DNA of 32,860 nt, from positions 1-32,860 of IMG/VR virus record IMGVR_UViG_3300022602_000279, one strand, 5' to 3'. This DNA comes from a virus. Its lineage: Duplodnaviria; Caudoviricetes. How positions within the stretch are numbered: position 1 is the first letter of the stretch; the number at the start of each line of letters is the position of its first letter. Below the pieces are notes generated by a model. The model saw nothing but the letters and a program-made list of their open reading frames with translations, was not told the DNA's origin and ran no database searches. Positions 25,333 through 32,860 of the stretch are shown here, piece by piece. The position numbers and the translations under genes are program-made.

Positions 25333-25765
25333 ACCCGTTGGGGTTTATTTGTCTAAAGTAGATATTTTTGATAGTGCCATAAGGATAAAAGATAGGTAGC
25401 ATGAAACGAGCTGTTTCTTCTAGTCCTGTAACAATTGGAACCTGCTCAAAGTCTTTTAGTAGACCACCCAATGGTTTCCCAGCAAGATCATACACACCAT
25501 CGGCCTCAATGGTCCAAAGCCAGTGCCACACACGATGTACACCAGAATAAAAGTCACCGAATTCAAAACGGTCTAATTCGCTTTCAATCATCACAGGTCG
25601 CTCAATCAGCTGAGGTTGTGTTCTGAGACCGATGCATTGTATCACAGTTTCCCAGTTGCGTTGTTGATCTCTCTTGAGTTCATTGTCGTTACCACGAATA
25701 ACTCCGGTAGCAGTAATGTCTACCAAACTTAAACCTTCAAAGAAATATAATCCCGCAGTTGCCAT
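25328..25765 (-). CDS. Hypothetical late protein
   Basis: SLVDITATG...RDQQRNWETVIQCIGLRTQP; GATAAATA at 25781-25774, 8 nt before the ATG. Confidence 0.65.
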   Translation of the reverse strand: MATAGLYFFEGLSLVDITATGVIRGNDNELKRDQQRNWETVIQCIGLRTQPQLIERPVMIESELDRFEFGDFYSGVHRVWHWLWTIEADGVYDLAGKPLGGLLKDFEQVPIVTGLEETARFMLPIFYPYGTIKNIYFRQINPNGS

Positions 25766-25786
25766 GATACAAGTATTTATCAGCCA

Positions 25787-25818
25787 TAAAAAAACCGCCA
25801 GTTAAAGCGGTTCTTTTA
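25787..25818 (-). terminator. Rho-independent terminator
   Basis: Minus strand AACCGC-TTTAACTG-GCGGTT followed by a T run. Confidence 0.8.
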
Positions 25819-25838
25819 TTTTTTAGCTTAACTAAAAA

Positions 25839-26300
25839 TTAGCTTGCTGCCAACTTGAAGTTCAAACTACCTGTTACGGTAGCTGTGTTAGCCCAGATAT
25901 TACCTGTGCTGTTACCAATGTTAGCTGTTAGACCTTGGATACGTGTCTGCAATGCTGAAGCGATTTGGCTTGTAGTCTGGATGTAAGCACCTTCGTTTGT
26001 TGAAGATGTTGCTTCGCCAGATTGGGCACCAGTTGCTTCTAAAAGAATACTGATTGCTGATGCATCAACTTGGTACATTGTGATTGTACTGTCTTGAGCG
26101 ATAGCACGTAGAATTGTTTCTACAGAACCACCTGTTGACAAATCGCCTGTACCAAAAGACTGACCTGAACCAGCAACAACGCGAATTGCGATTGGGTTCT
26201 TTGTTAAACCTGTTGCGATAATATTGCCTAGTGAACCAACGCCATTGTCAACGTTGACGATACCGTTTGAATCACCTGCATAACGTGTTTGGATTGCCAT
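25839..26300 (-). CDS. Putative abundant virion (head decoration-like) protein
   Basis: Monocistronic: late promoter at 26349-26341, TAAGGAG RBS, terminators on both sides; A/T/G/S-rich. Confidence 0.55.
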   Translation of the reverse strand: MAIQTRYAGDSNGIVNVDNGVGSLGNIIATGLTKNPIAIRVVAGSGQSFGTGDLSTGGSVETILRAIAQDSTITMYQVDASAISILLEATGAQSGEATSSTNEGAYIQTTSQIASALQTRIQGLTANIGNSTGNIWANTATVTGSLNFKLAAS

Positions 26301-26340
26301 TTTTAAATCTCCTTAATATATGTGCATCTCTGCATACTTT

Positions 26341-26349
26341 TATTTATGC
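26341..26349 (-). promoter_or_regulatory. Late-type promoter GCATAAATA
   Basis: Same 9-mer as at 17759; lies just past a terminator. Confidence 0.7.
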
Positions 26350-26356
26350 TATTTAC

Positions 26357-26377
26357 AAAAAAAGCGCACTAAGCGCC
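26357..26377 (-). terminator. Rho-independent terminator
   Basis: Minus strand GGCGC-TTAGT-GCGCT followed by a T run. Confidence 0.7.
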
Positions 26378-26397
26378 TACTTTGTGCATGTAAATAT

Positions 26398-27495
26398 TTA
26401 GCCCATTTTGGCAAACAAAGCCTGGCTAAAAACACCTCTGTGTACCAGTTTTATGGGCCCGTTGGGAGTGCTGAACACAAATCCTTCGCCGGCAGGTTGA
26501 CCATTTACATACTGCCCTAGTCCTTGAACCTGTTGCTCTAACTGCTCGGTCAGGTTGATTTTGAACTGATATATGGCATTCCACACAGCAAATATGGCCG
26601 CCAGTCCTTTTTTATTACGATACAGGTAACCGCCTTGGTTATCGCCTAGTAAAAATTTACGCAACTTTTGTGTGACATTGGCTGTCAACAACCATTCATC
26701 AAAGTCTGCAGTAGTTTGTCCGGTGATCTTTTTGTTTGCATATTGTTTTAATGCTGCACGAGCTTTGTCATCGAGCCCAGATAAAAATTTATCTATCACG
26801 GTAGAATATTGTGCCAGAGCTGTGACAGCTTTTTTGTGTAGTTGCACCGGATCATTGAGTGTAAATTTGATATTGGCATTGGGAGTCAAAATTGCCACTG
26901 GCGCATCAAATCTAAGTCCTTGCCCGTTCCACGGCTGTGGCCTGGCCTGCTGATCAGCCAGATATGTGTGTACCACTATACCGCCTATCTTGCCGGCTAT
27001 CTGTTGTCCAATATTGCTTTTTACAGGAACATGATATTCAACCACATTGGGTTTGAATACAAAATTACCTTTGACTGGCTTTAGCGGCAATGACCATAAC
27101 AGGTCTCCCCAAAAGTATCCAGGAACACGCCCTACTGCTTGATCTAAGCCAGCCCAGATGTTGTTGATTTGTTGATACAGGTTGCCACGGTCTTTACCGC
27201 GATTTTGATCATATCGGACCCAATCCTCTGGACTGGTCACTTGTCCATGTGGTTTGTCAAACATGTACTTGTCCATGACCGTCAATTTACCTTCAGGAGT
27301 TCGGCCAAATATTAGGGCCGGAAAACCGTCCCATTTGATTGTCAGCGTACCGGGATTCGTAATTACGTAACCCAGTGCGGCTACCATGCGTTCAGCCGGT
27401 GCAGTTCCGTCAAATATGGCATCTTCGGGGTGTGGGGTGCGAGCCGGGGCACTGGCAACTTCTAATAGTATTTCGTCAAGAAATTCAAGTTGCAT
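26398..27495 (-). CDS. ATP-dependent ligase-like nucleotidyltransferase (recalled as DUF6267-like; unverified)
   Basis: HPED, TIKWDG (motif I KxDG), GDLL (III), GEGFVF (IV), IKLV (V) of the RNA/DNA ligase-capping superfamily. Confidence 0.6.
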   Translation of the reverse strand: MQLEFLDEILLEVASAPARTPHPEDAIFDGTAPAERMVAALGYVITNPGTLTIKWDGFPALIFGRTPEGKLTVMDKYMFDKPHGQVTSPEDWVRYDQNRGKDRGNLYQQINNIWAGLDQAVGRVPGYFWGDLLWSLPLKPVKGNFVFKPNVVEYHVPVKSNIGQQIAGKIGGIVVHTYLADQQARPQPWNGQGLRFDAPVAILTPNANIKFTLNDPVQLHKKAVTALAQYSTVIDKFLSGLDDKARAALKQYANKKITGQTTADFDEWLLTANVTQKLRKFLLGDNQGGYLYRNKKGLAAIFAVWNAIYQFKINLTEQLEQQVQGLGQYVNGQPAGEGFVFSTPNGPIKLVHRGVFSQALFAKMG

Positions 27496-27884
27496 TATAG
27501 TTGCTCTAACGCTTGATTCAACAAGGCCGCTTTGGTATCAGGAATTGGTCTTCTATTGTCAGTTAGCCACTGACCAGAATTTGATAGTATATAATATTTT
27601 TTTTGATAGTAGGCAAAAGTGGGATCTTTTTGTGTTGCTGGCTTGATGCTGATTCCCAGCGATGTGTCAACCCAACCAGCACCCAATTTGCTAGGTGTTG
27701 ACTGTGGAGCAGTAGCAGGCGTCTGTGGAGCGGCAACAGGTTCTGTGGCACGTGCTGGATTGGGTTTAAATTGTCCAAGAGCCTGATCGCGCCCTGCCTG
27801 TGCGGCACGTTCTTGTTTGGCTCTAGCGGCCTTGTGTAGCAGTATTGCGTAGTCGCCCCACGAAGTTACTTCATTAACTTTCAC
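27495..27884 (-). CDS. Hypothetical protein with P/A/T linker
   Basis: GTG at 27884 behind AGGAG gives MKVNEV...; TAATG-coupled to the next gene. Confidence 0.6.
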   Translation of the reverse strand: MKVNEVTSWGDYAILLHKAARAKQERAAQAGRDQALGQFKPNPARATEPVAAPQTPATAPQSTPSKLGAGWVDTSLGISIKPATQKDPTFAYYQKKYYILSNSGQWLTDNRRPIPDTKAALLNQALEQL

Positions 27885-28122
27885 CGCGAATTCTCCTGAC
27901 ACCACGTTTGAATTTTTCTGGATCTTGACCGCGGATTGAGTTGAGTAATCTGCGTTCTAATTCATCGGCCTGTTCAGGTTCGTAGTTTTCACGAATATAG
28001 TTGATTAGATTGATGGCGCCCGAGATGACATGGCTGGCACGGCTTTCCACAAGATTCTCACGATCTTTGTGTACCAGCAACGTGTCTAGTTCGTCTAATA
28101 TACTACGGGCTCGCTTTTGCAA
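27874..28122 (-). CDS. Hypothetical helical protein
   Basis: TTG start behind GGAG; late promoter upstream. Confidence 0.65.
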   Translation of the reverse strand: MQKRARSILDELDTLLVHKDRENLVESRASHVISGAINLINYIRENYEPEQADELERRLLNSIRGQDPEKFKRGVRRIRGES

Positions 28123-28143
28123 GATATGCTCCAGTTTATGATA

Positions 28144-28152
28144 TATTTATCG
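28144..28152 (-). promoter_or_regulatory. Late-type promoter CGATAAATA
   Basis: At the boundary between the replication block and the head-related block. Confidence 0.7.
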
Positions 28153-28169
28153 GGTTTAAGAAAAAGAGA

Positions 28170-29252
28170 TTACGTAAAATAAGGTACCAGGTCAGGAAAT
28201 GCTGTTTTCCAGCTGTTGTTTCGGCGTGTTTCCCAGGTGTCAACAAATTTGCGCCAGGAATCCAATTCGGTCGGCGGGGGCAAATTGGCAATCATTTGGT
28301 GTATACGGTGTTCTGTTGGATACTTTTCCAAGACCGCTGTTCGCACAGGATCCGGCATTTTGTCTAGGTCCCAGGCGCTGTCAATGCAATTATGTATGTT
28401 GAGATCCGTTGGGTCGCCCAGTCTATTGGTAGCAAAATTGTCGCGGACCCATTGTTCAAGACGATCAAAATAATAGGTATTAAACAAATTGGCAGTGAAC
28501 TCCACCCTGAACATCATGTTTACAGGAGCGGTATTTTTAAGTCGCAGTAGATTTTCACTGACTTTGGTCCAGGGTAAGGGCCAACGCACATAGTCGAATT
28601 GTTCTTCTACACCGTCTAGACTGACAGAAAAAATCACCAGTTTGAATTGAGTCCATGCGGCCAGAGTCTCTTCAGATGGATATATTGATCCATTGGTAGT
28701 ATATTGCAACACCACCTGATCTGGGTGTGGTATGTGCTTGATGAATTTTAAATGTGTGTCAGTAAATAAAGGTTCACCACCAAAGAATTTGACATATTGC
28801 AACTTGGTTAACCCAACCGTGGTAACAATTTGATCAATGGCATTGTCGGTAGTGGTCTTATTGAATTTTGTGTATCCAGTGTTGCTTAGTTTGCTATTTT
28901 CTTTGGCCCAGAGTGAACTGAATCTTTCTGCACAGGTCACACAGGCCGCATTGCATTCGTTGTCCAAATGTATATCTATAGCAACAGGATCCGAGGATAG
29001 TTCGTCTGCCGGAATCCAGTCGGTAGACGCTTGCCGTAGACTTGCTTGACCTGCCTGTTCTTGTTTTTTACATTCACCGCAGTTGCTGGTCCACCCAGTG
29101 ATAGAATCAAATTTTTCTTTTTTATTTGTTAGAAAATTTTGATCAAAGACAACAGATTCATAGAAAAAACAACAGGGCTTTACCGTTAGGTCGTTGTTGA
29201 TTAAATTGAACGAATATCCATTTGATAGATATCCACAAAATTTATTGGTCAT
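28170..29252 (-). CDS. Radical SAM protein with N-terminal SPASM/twitch-like Cys motifs
   Basis: N-terminal FC...KPCC...CGEC; CNAACVTC; FFGGEPL; YTTNGS; VSLDG...YVRWP. Confidence 0.88.
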   Translation of the reverse strand: MTNKFCGYLSNGYSFNLINNDLTVKPCCFFYESVVFDQNFLTNKKEKFDSITGWTSNCGECKKQEQAGQASLRQASTDWIPADELSSDPVAIDIHLDNECNAACVTCAERFSSLWAKENSKLSNTGYTKFNKTTTDNAIDQIVTTVGLTKLQYVKFFGGEPLFTDTHLKFIKHIPHPDQVVLQYTTNGSIYPSEETLAAWTQFKLVIFSVSLDGVEEQFDYVRWPLPWTKVSENLLRLKNTAPVNMMFRVEFTANLFNTYYFDRLEQWVRDNFATNRLGDPTDLNIHNCIDSAWDLDKMPDPVRTAVLEKYPTEHRIHQMIANLPPPTELDSWRKFVDTWETRRNNSWKTAFPDLVPYFT

Positions 29253-30682
29253 TCAGATTTGGCCTTGAGTCCTGCCAGCATCTGTTTTAGCTTGGTACTT
29301 TCTACCGTGGCCGAAGGCGGTGGCGCTGTGTCGCGTTCTACATCAAATCCGTCACGTGCCTGCGGCAAGGATGGACTCAGGGTAGTTGTTGTTTTGATTT
29401 GATTTAAGATATTTGTTGCAGGTTTGTAGCCACCTGAATTGTCTTGACCTTCTTCGCCTGGATCGGTGATACGTAGACTTTCAATGTTGAACTCTAGATC
29501 TACCTTGGTACCTACTCCACTAGAACTACGAGTTTTCATCAGCTGAATTTGATAGCGACCACGCTCACGCATGGCACGACTTGTAAAGATACCAAACACG
29601 TTGTCGGCAGTATTGATCTTTGAGATACCACCTGAAATATGACTATGGTCAAATTCAATTTCTTCCACTGCCGATCTATTCAGCTGACTTGCTGTTATCA
29701 TTAGTATGTTGAATTCTCTAGCCAGGTTACGCAGTTCTTCTGACACATACTTGTCTTTGACAAACAGGTCATTGGGCGATACCTTGGCCGATACCGGCAT
29801 GACCAAGTCTAGGTAGTCAACCATGATAAAGTCTGTTTTCATACCGGTTTGTATTTCTAATTCTTTCAAGTAAGCACGAATCTGATTCACGTTGCTCTGT
29901 GCTGGCATGTACTTGATACGCAGTTTGCCAGACTTTTTGCCTACCATCTTGATTTTCATTTCCAAGGTATCTAGGTCCTTGAAAATTTCCTTGGTACTCA
30001 TGTTTGCAACCATGGCATCCATACGCATGGCAGTGAGTTCTTCTGATAGTTCTAAGGTCAAGAACACACCGTTGAGTCCCTGTGTCATCCAGTTGATGGC
30101 GATGTTCTGCATGAACAAACTTTTACCTGATCCAGATCCGCCAGCAAAGATATTGAGTTCGCCGCGATTCATACCACCAAACAAACGCTTGTCCATGGTG
30201 GGCCAACCGGTGGACACCTGTCCGTTGTTGTCTTTGATCCGTAAGAGTCTGGCACGTGGATCTTCAAAATAGTCTGTGCCCATGTCTTTGGTTAAACTGA
30301 TCTGTACTGCATCTTTGATCAGTTTTTCTACAGGATCGTAGTCGCCCTTTTCAAGTAAATCTGCTGCTTTTAAGATTGCACGTTCCAATTCGTTACGCCG
30401 ACTGAATCCTTCAAATTCTTCCAGGAACCAGTCGTAGTGTCCTTCTTTGAGTTCAGGTACCGGTTTGAGTTCTACACCAGTGATGGCTCGTATTTGTTCA
30501 TAGGTGGGCAGGGTTTTATGATCATCTGAATGCTGTTTGATAAACGCGGCCACCTCACGCAGGCTACGATCAAAGTTTTCGGGGTTGTAGATGTTTTGCA
30601 CCCGCACATAACTCTGTGCGTCTGTCATCATCATTTCTAAAAATAGTCGCTGTATTTCGGGAGTATATTCTTTTGTGCTCAT
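29249..30682 (-). CDS. Replicative DnaB/gp41-type DNA helicase
   Basis: Walker A GGSGSGKS, LELSE, Walker B IMVDYLDL, TASQLNR, KTR arginine finger. Confidence 0.95.
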   Translation of the reverse strand: MSTKEYTPEIQRLFLEMMMTDAQSYVRVQNIYNPENFDRSLREVAAFIKQHSDDHKTLPTYEQIRAITGVELKPVPELKEGHYDWFLEEFEGFSRRNELERAILKAADLLEKGDYDPVEKLIKDAVQISLTKDMGTDYFEDPRARLLRIKDNNGQVSTGWPTMDKRLFGGMNRGELNIFAGGSGSGKSLFMQNIAINWMTQGLNGVFLTLELSEELTAMRMDAMVANMSTKEIFKDLDTLEMKIKMVGKKSGKLRIKYMPAQSNVNQIRAYLKELEIQTGMKTDFIMVDYLDLVMPVSAKVSPNDLFVKDKYVSEELRNLAREFNILMITASQLNRSAVEEIEFDHSHISGGISKINTADNVFGIFTSRAMRERGRYQIQLMKTRSSSGVGTKVDLEFNIESLRITDPGEEGQDNSGGYKPATNILNQIKTTTTLSPSLPQARDGFDVERDTAPPPSATVESTKLKQMLAGLKAKSE

Positions 30683-30685
30683 AGT

Positions 30686-31723
30686 TTAATTATATAGTTT
30701 TCTTTTGTGTAGTTCAATTTTTAACTTATTCGTTTCTCGTGCAGCCAAAATACTTTTTAATACAAATAGTTTTCCGTAGCGTTCTACGGCCGCACCAATG
30801 TCCTTGCAATCTCGTTGCCATAACGGAAACGACACTGACCATCCATATTCTACCGCGGCATCCACCAGTTTGGCACCAGCACGATCAGCATCGGGTACCA
30901 CAATTACTTCTCTGGCAAGACCGTCTATGATATCAGCCTGCTGTTCTGAACACTCGTTGCCCAAGATAGCCACACCATCTATGGCCATGGCATCAAATGG
31001 GCCTTCGACCACTATGACAAACTTTGCATCAGATCTTTGCTGATCTGTATTGAACACATAACCAGGTTCGTGGCTGTTGTAGTACTTGGGCTTGATGCCA
31101 TCGTACAAGGCACGAGCTGTGTAGCCGATGATTTTGTTGCGCCAGGTAAATGGAACAATCACACGGCGATTCAAATTGTTTTGCTTTTCTGGTGTCCAGT
31201 AAAAATCATAACGATTTAGGTCAATGCGTCTGGCAGCTGTGTACAAGACAGCGTCGTGGAACTCTTGATGCACATCAGAATCCTTTAGGGTGTACCAGGA
31301 TTCCCAGCCAACAAATGTCTGTGCTTCTGCCGGCAAGGGCCTGGCCCTAAAGTTGATGGGTTCAGTTTCTTCCACTTCTACCAGAGTCTCAGGTGCCACC
31401 AGTTCACGGATACGAATAGCATCGATAACTAATCGCTTGATGGTGTTTTCGTCGGCACCTAACCAGGACAACAATTTACGGAACTTGTAGGTTAAATGAC
31501 GTCCGGGAACATATGAAGCACAAAAATTACAATTAAAGCAACTATAGCTAATATGTCCATCGCTATTGGTAATAAAACCGCCACGGCCTCGTGTATCAGC
31601 AGATTCTCCATTGTGCGTACAACAAACAGCATTACCCGACATCCATCCCGAACTGGAGTTGGTTTTTATTTTCCTACCCGATTTCCAGAGATTGATTGTA
31701 GCGTTAGCTATTTGATTGATCAA
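30686..31723 (-). CDS. DNA primase (zinc finger plus TOPRIM)
   Basis: NAVCCTH...SCFNC zinc-binding domain; RVIVPF...GYTAR...PKY; VVEGPFDA; PDAD; TTG start overlaps the endonuclease 3' end. Confidence 0.92.
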   Translation of the reverse strand: MINQIANATINLWKSGRKIKTNSSSGWMSGNAVCCTHNGESADTRGRGGFITNSDGHISYSCFNCNFCASYVPGRHLTYKFRKLLSWLGADENTIKRLVIDAIRIRELVAPETLVEVEETEPINFRARPLPAEAQTFVGWESWYTLKDSDVHQEFHDAVLYTAARRIDLNRYDFYWTPEKQNNLNRRVIVPFTWRNKIIGYTARALYDGIKPKYYNSHEPGYVFNTDQQRSDAKFVIVVEGPFDAMAIDGVAILGNECSEQQADIIDGLAREVIVVPDADRAGAKLVDAAVEYGWSVSFPLWQRDCKDIGAAVERYGKLFVLKSILAARETNKLKIELHKRKLYN

Positions 31724-32372
31724 GTCTTGTTACTTTCCAGTTGTTGTTATCTTTTCTTTTACGCACCACAGTTGTGTTATTATAACACTTTCTGTAGGCA
31801 TTAAACAACCTCCAGTAATCCACTCCAATTTCTTTTTTATGTTTTTCAGCAAAGCCTTTTAATCCAATATCGGTTTCCCAAACTCTGCCATCCGGTGCTT
31901 CGATTCTATATGACCCGTTATGCGAGTCGCTTTTTCTTTTTTTAGTTTCAACCGACTCTGGTTTTTCCTCAAATCGTTTTAGTTGTCCTTTACTACAATT
32001 TTGTGCTCGCTCTTTTTTCTTTTCTTCTGTCATATTAGCATGATGCTTTGTAGCATTTTGGCGGGCACAAGCAGAATCTACGCCCTTGCCGCCGGGGGTC
32101 ATATTATACCCCTCAACTAGAGTATTATATTTTGCTATCCAGAATATTTCTCTTTCATTGAGTTGCTCTGTTGTCCAGTTTTCGTTTTGCTCAATGATCT
32201 CAAACTTCATGTTATCCCACCCGTATTTTTTAATAGCATTTGCAATTAAACGGTCAGATTTAATATATTTTTCCAACTTGATATATGATTTGATTTTTTT
32301 ATCTACAGGAACTTTTGATTGTCCAACATATTGTCTGCCAGATGGGGAAGTAATAAGGTATATGTATTTCAT
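31704..32372 (-). CDS. Free-standing GIY-YIG homing endonuclease
   Basis: YIYLIT...QYVGQS...AIKKYG...LNEREIFWI...GYNMTPGG; ATG at 32372 just downstream of GATAAATA (32385-32378); AT-rich. Confidence 0.88.
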   Translation of the reverse strand: MKYIYLITSPSGRQYVGQSKVPVDKKIKSYIKLEKYIKSDRLIANAIKKYGWDNMKFEIIEQNENWTTEQLNEREIFWIAKYNTLVEGYNMTPGGKGVDSACARQNATKHHANMTEEKKKERAQNCSKGQLKRFEEKPESVETKKRKSDSHNGSYRIEAPDGRVWETDIGLKGFAEKHKKEIGVDYWRLFNAYRKCYNNTTVVRKRKDNNNWKVTRLDQSNS

Positions 32373-32411
32373 ACACATATTTATCCAAGTTACAATTAAA
32401 ACAAATACTTC

Positions 32412-32462
32412 CTTTTTGCCCGGTAAGATTCGCTTTACAGCGTCTTGGATAGAGTGTAACAT
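32412..32462 (-). pseudogene. Probable remnant of the original primase 5' end (MLHSIQDAVKRILPGKK), in frame with the endonuclease
   Basis: Aligns positionally with the primase's current N-terminus (MINQIANATINLWKSGRK) ahead of KTNSSSGW; sits at the TSS of a sigma70 promoter. Confidence 0.5.
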
Positions 32463-32469
32463 TCCTACT

Positions 32470-32498
32470 ATTATAGCAGAATTTTTGGATTAAATCAA
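32470..32498 (-). promoter_or_regulatory. sigma70-type promoter TTGATT-N17-TATAAT for the primase-helicase operon (leaderless)
   Basis: -35 at 32498-32493, -10 at 32475-32470, 7 nt to the ATG at 32462. Confidence 0.8.
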
Positions 32499-32502
32499 TG
32501 GT

Positions 32503-32860
32503 TTAGGCCGGACTTGATCCGTTATATCTAGTCAAATAATAGGTGGCATTTTGAAGATGTTCTGCAGCAGTCAATGCCCTAGTATATACATGTGCTACCG
32601 CAACTTTACCAGTTGTGTTGTTGGCATTGCCTTGGTATGCAAATATTTCTGGGGTTGATGCTGACGGTCTATTTACAGTAGAAGCACTGGTTCCATGAGC
32701 CACACCATTTATGTAGATAGTCCAGCCCGTAGTGCCGCTAAAACTCATCGAAACATAGTACCATGTATTGGCACTGAGTGTGATATTAGACCCTACTACT
32801 TGATAACCATCACCGTTATTATTACCAGCATATAATGTGGTACCACCGGCACCCCAAAAT
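32503..32860 (-). CDS. C-terminal part of a LamG/concanavalin A-like virion protein (starts beyond the window end)
   Basis: Frame open to the window edge: ...LSANTWYYVSMSF...WTIYING...GKVAVAHVYTRALTAAEHLQN. Confidence 0.8.
   Translation of the reverse strand, partial: FWGAGGTTLYAGNNNGDGYQVVGSNITLSANTWYYVSMSFSGTTGWTIYINGVAHGTSASTVNRPSASTPEIFAYQGNANNTTGKVAVAHVYTRALTAAEHLQNATYYLTRYNGSSPA

Noticed and set aside
31704-32462. Group I intron or gene-60-style ribosomal hop in the primase
   Set aside because: Only about 40 nt lie outside the HEG ORF at the 5' side and none at the 3' side; there is no stop codon after a take-off site and no clear matching landing codon.
498-32493. Many plus-strand and nested ORFs in the track (e.g. 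896-1324, 5485-5877, 18710-19048, 29892-30272, 32086-32493)
   Set aside because: They are antisense or alternate-frame shadows of well-supported minus-strand genes, with no recognisable motifs.
1-32860. Stop-codon reassignment, as seen in some large phages
   Set aside because: Recognisable genes are full length under the standard code, and TAA, TAG and TGA all end genes at tightly packed boundaries.
1-32860. tRNA or rRNA genes
   Set aside because: The few intergenic gaps long enough (9487-9623, 25237-25327, 26301-26397) show no cloverleaf or T-loop signature.

Overview
A densely packed segment of a large, T4-superfamily-like (myovirus/jumbo-type) bacteriophage genome. It is almost entirely on the minus strand, with one real plus-strand gene at 20142-20888. 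The host is probably a proteobacterium, judging by the IscU/IscA and class Ia RNR types (inference). The window holds replication and nucleotide genes (primase, DnaB/gp41-type helicase, PD-(D/E)XK exonuclease, nrdA, nrdB, glutaredoxin, UvsE). It also holds virion genes (gp9/gp10-type fibre, Mtd_N-like proteins, PAAR spike tip, LamG protein, a head-related block), a SleB-type cell wall hydrolase and two free-standing GIY-YIG endonucleases. An accessory set comprises IscU, IscA, two radical SAM enzymes, three SGNH-like proteins and a glycosyltransferase-like protein. Two promoter classes are visible: sigma70-type (TTGA..-N17-TATAAT) and T4-late-like (xTAAATA), several predicting leaderless mRNAs. 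The most notable observations are: (1) a 49-aa ORF missing from the track that resembles the active core of ribosome-rescue factor ArfA; (2) a prodomain-less S53 sedolisin-type protease in the tail-fibre operon; (3) a homing endonuclease that appears to have displaced the primase N-terminus and supplied a replacement; (4) a ligase-like nucleotidyltransferase among genes sharing a capsid-targeting-like N-terminus; (5) a tandem-repeat 5' leader before a holin-like gene. All family calls come from motif recognition by eye; no searches were run.
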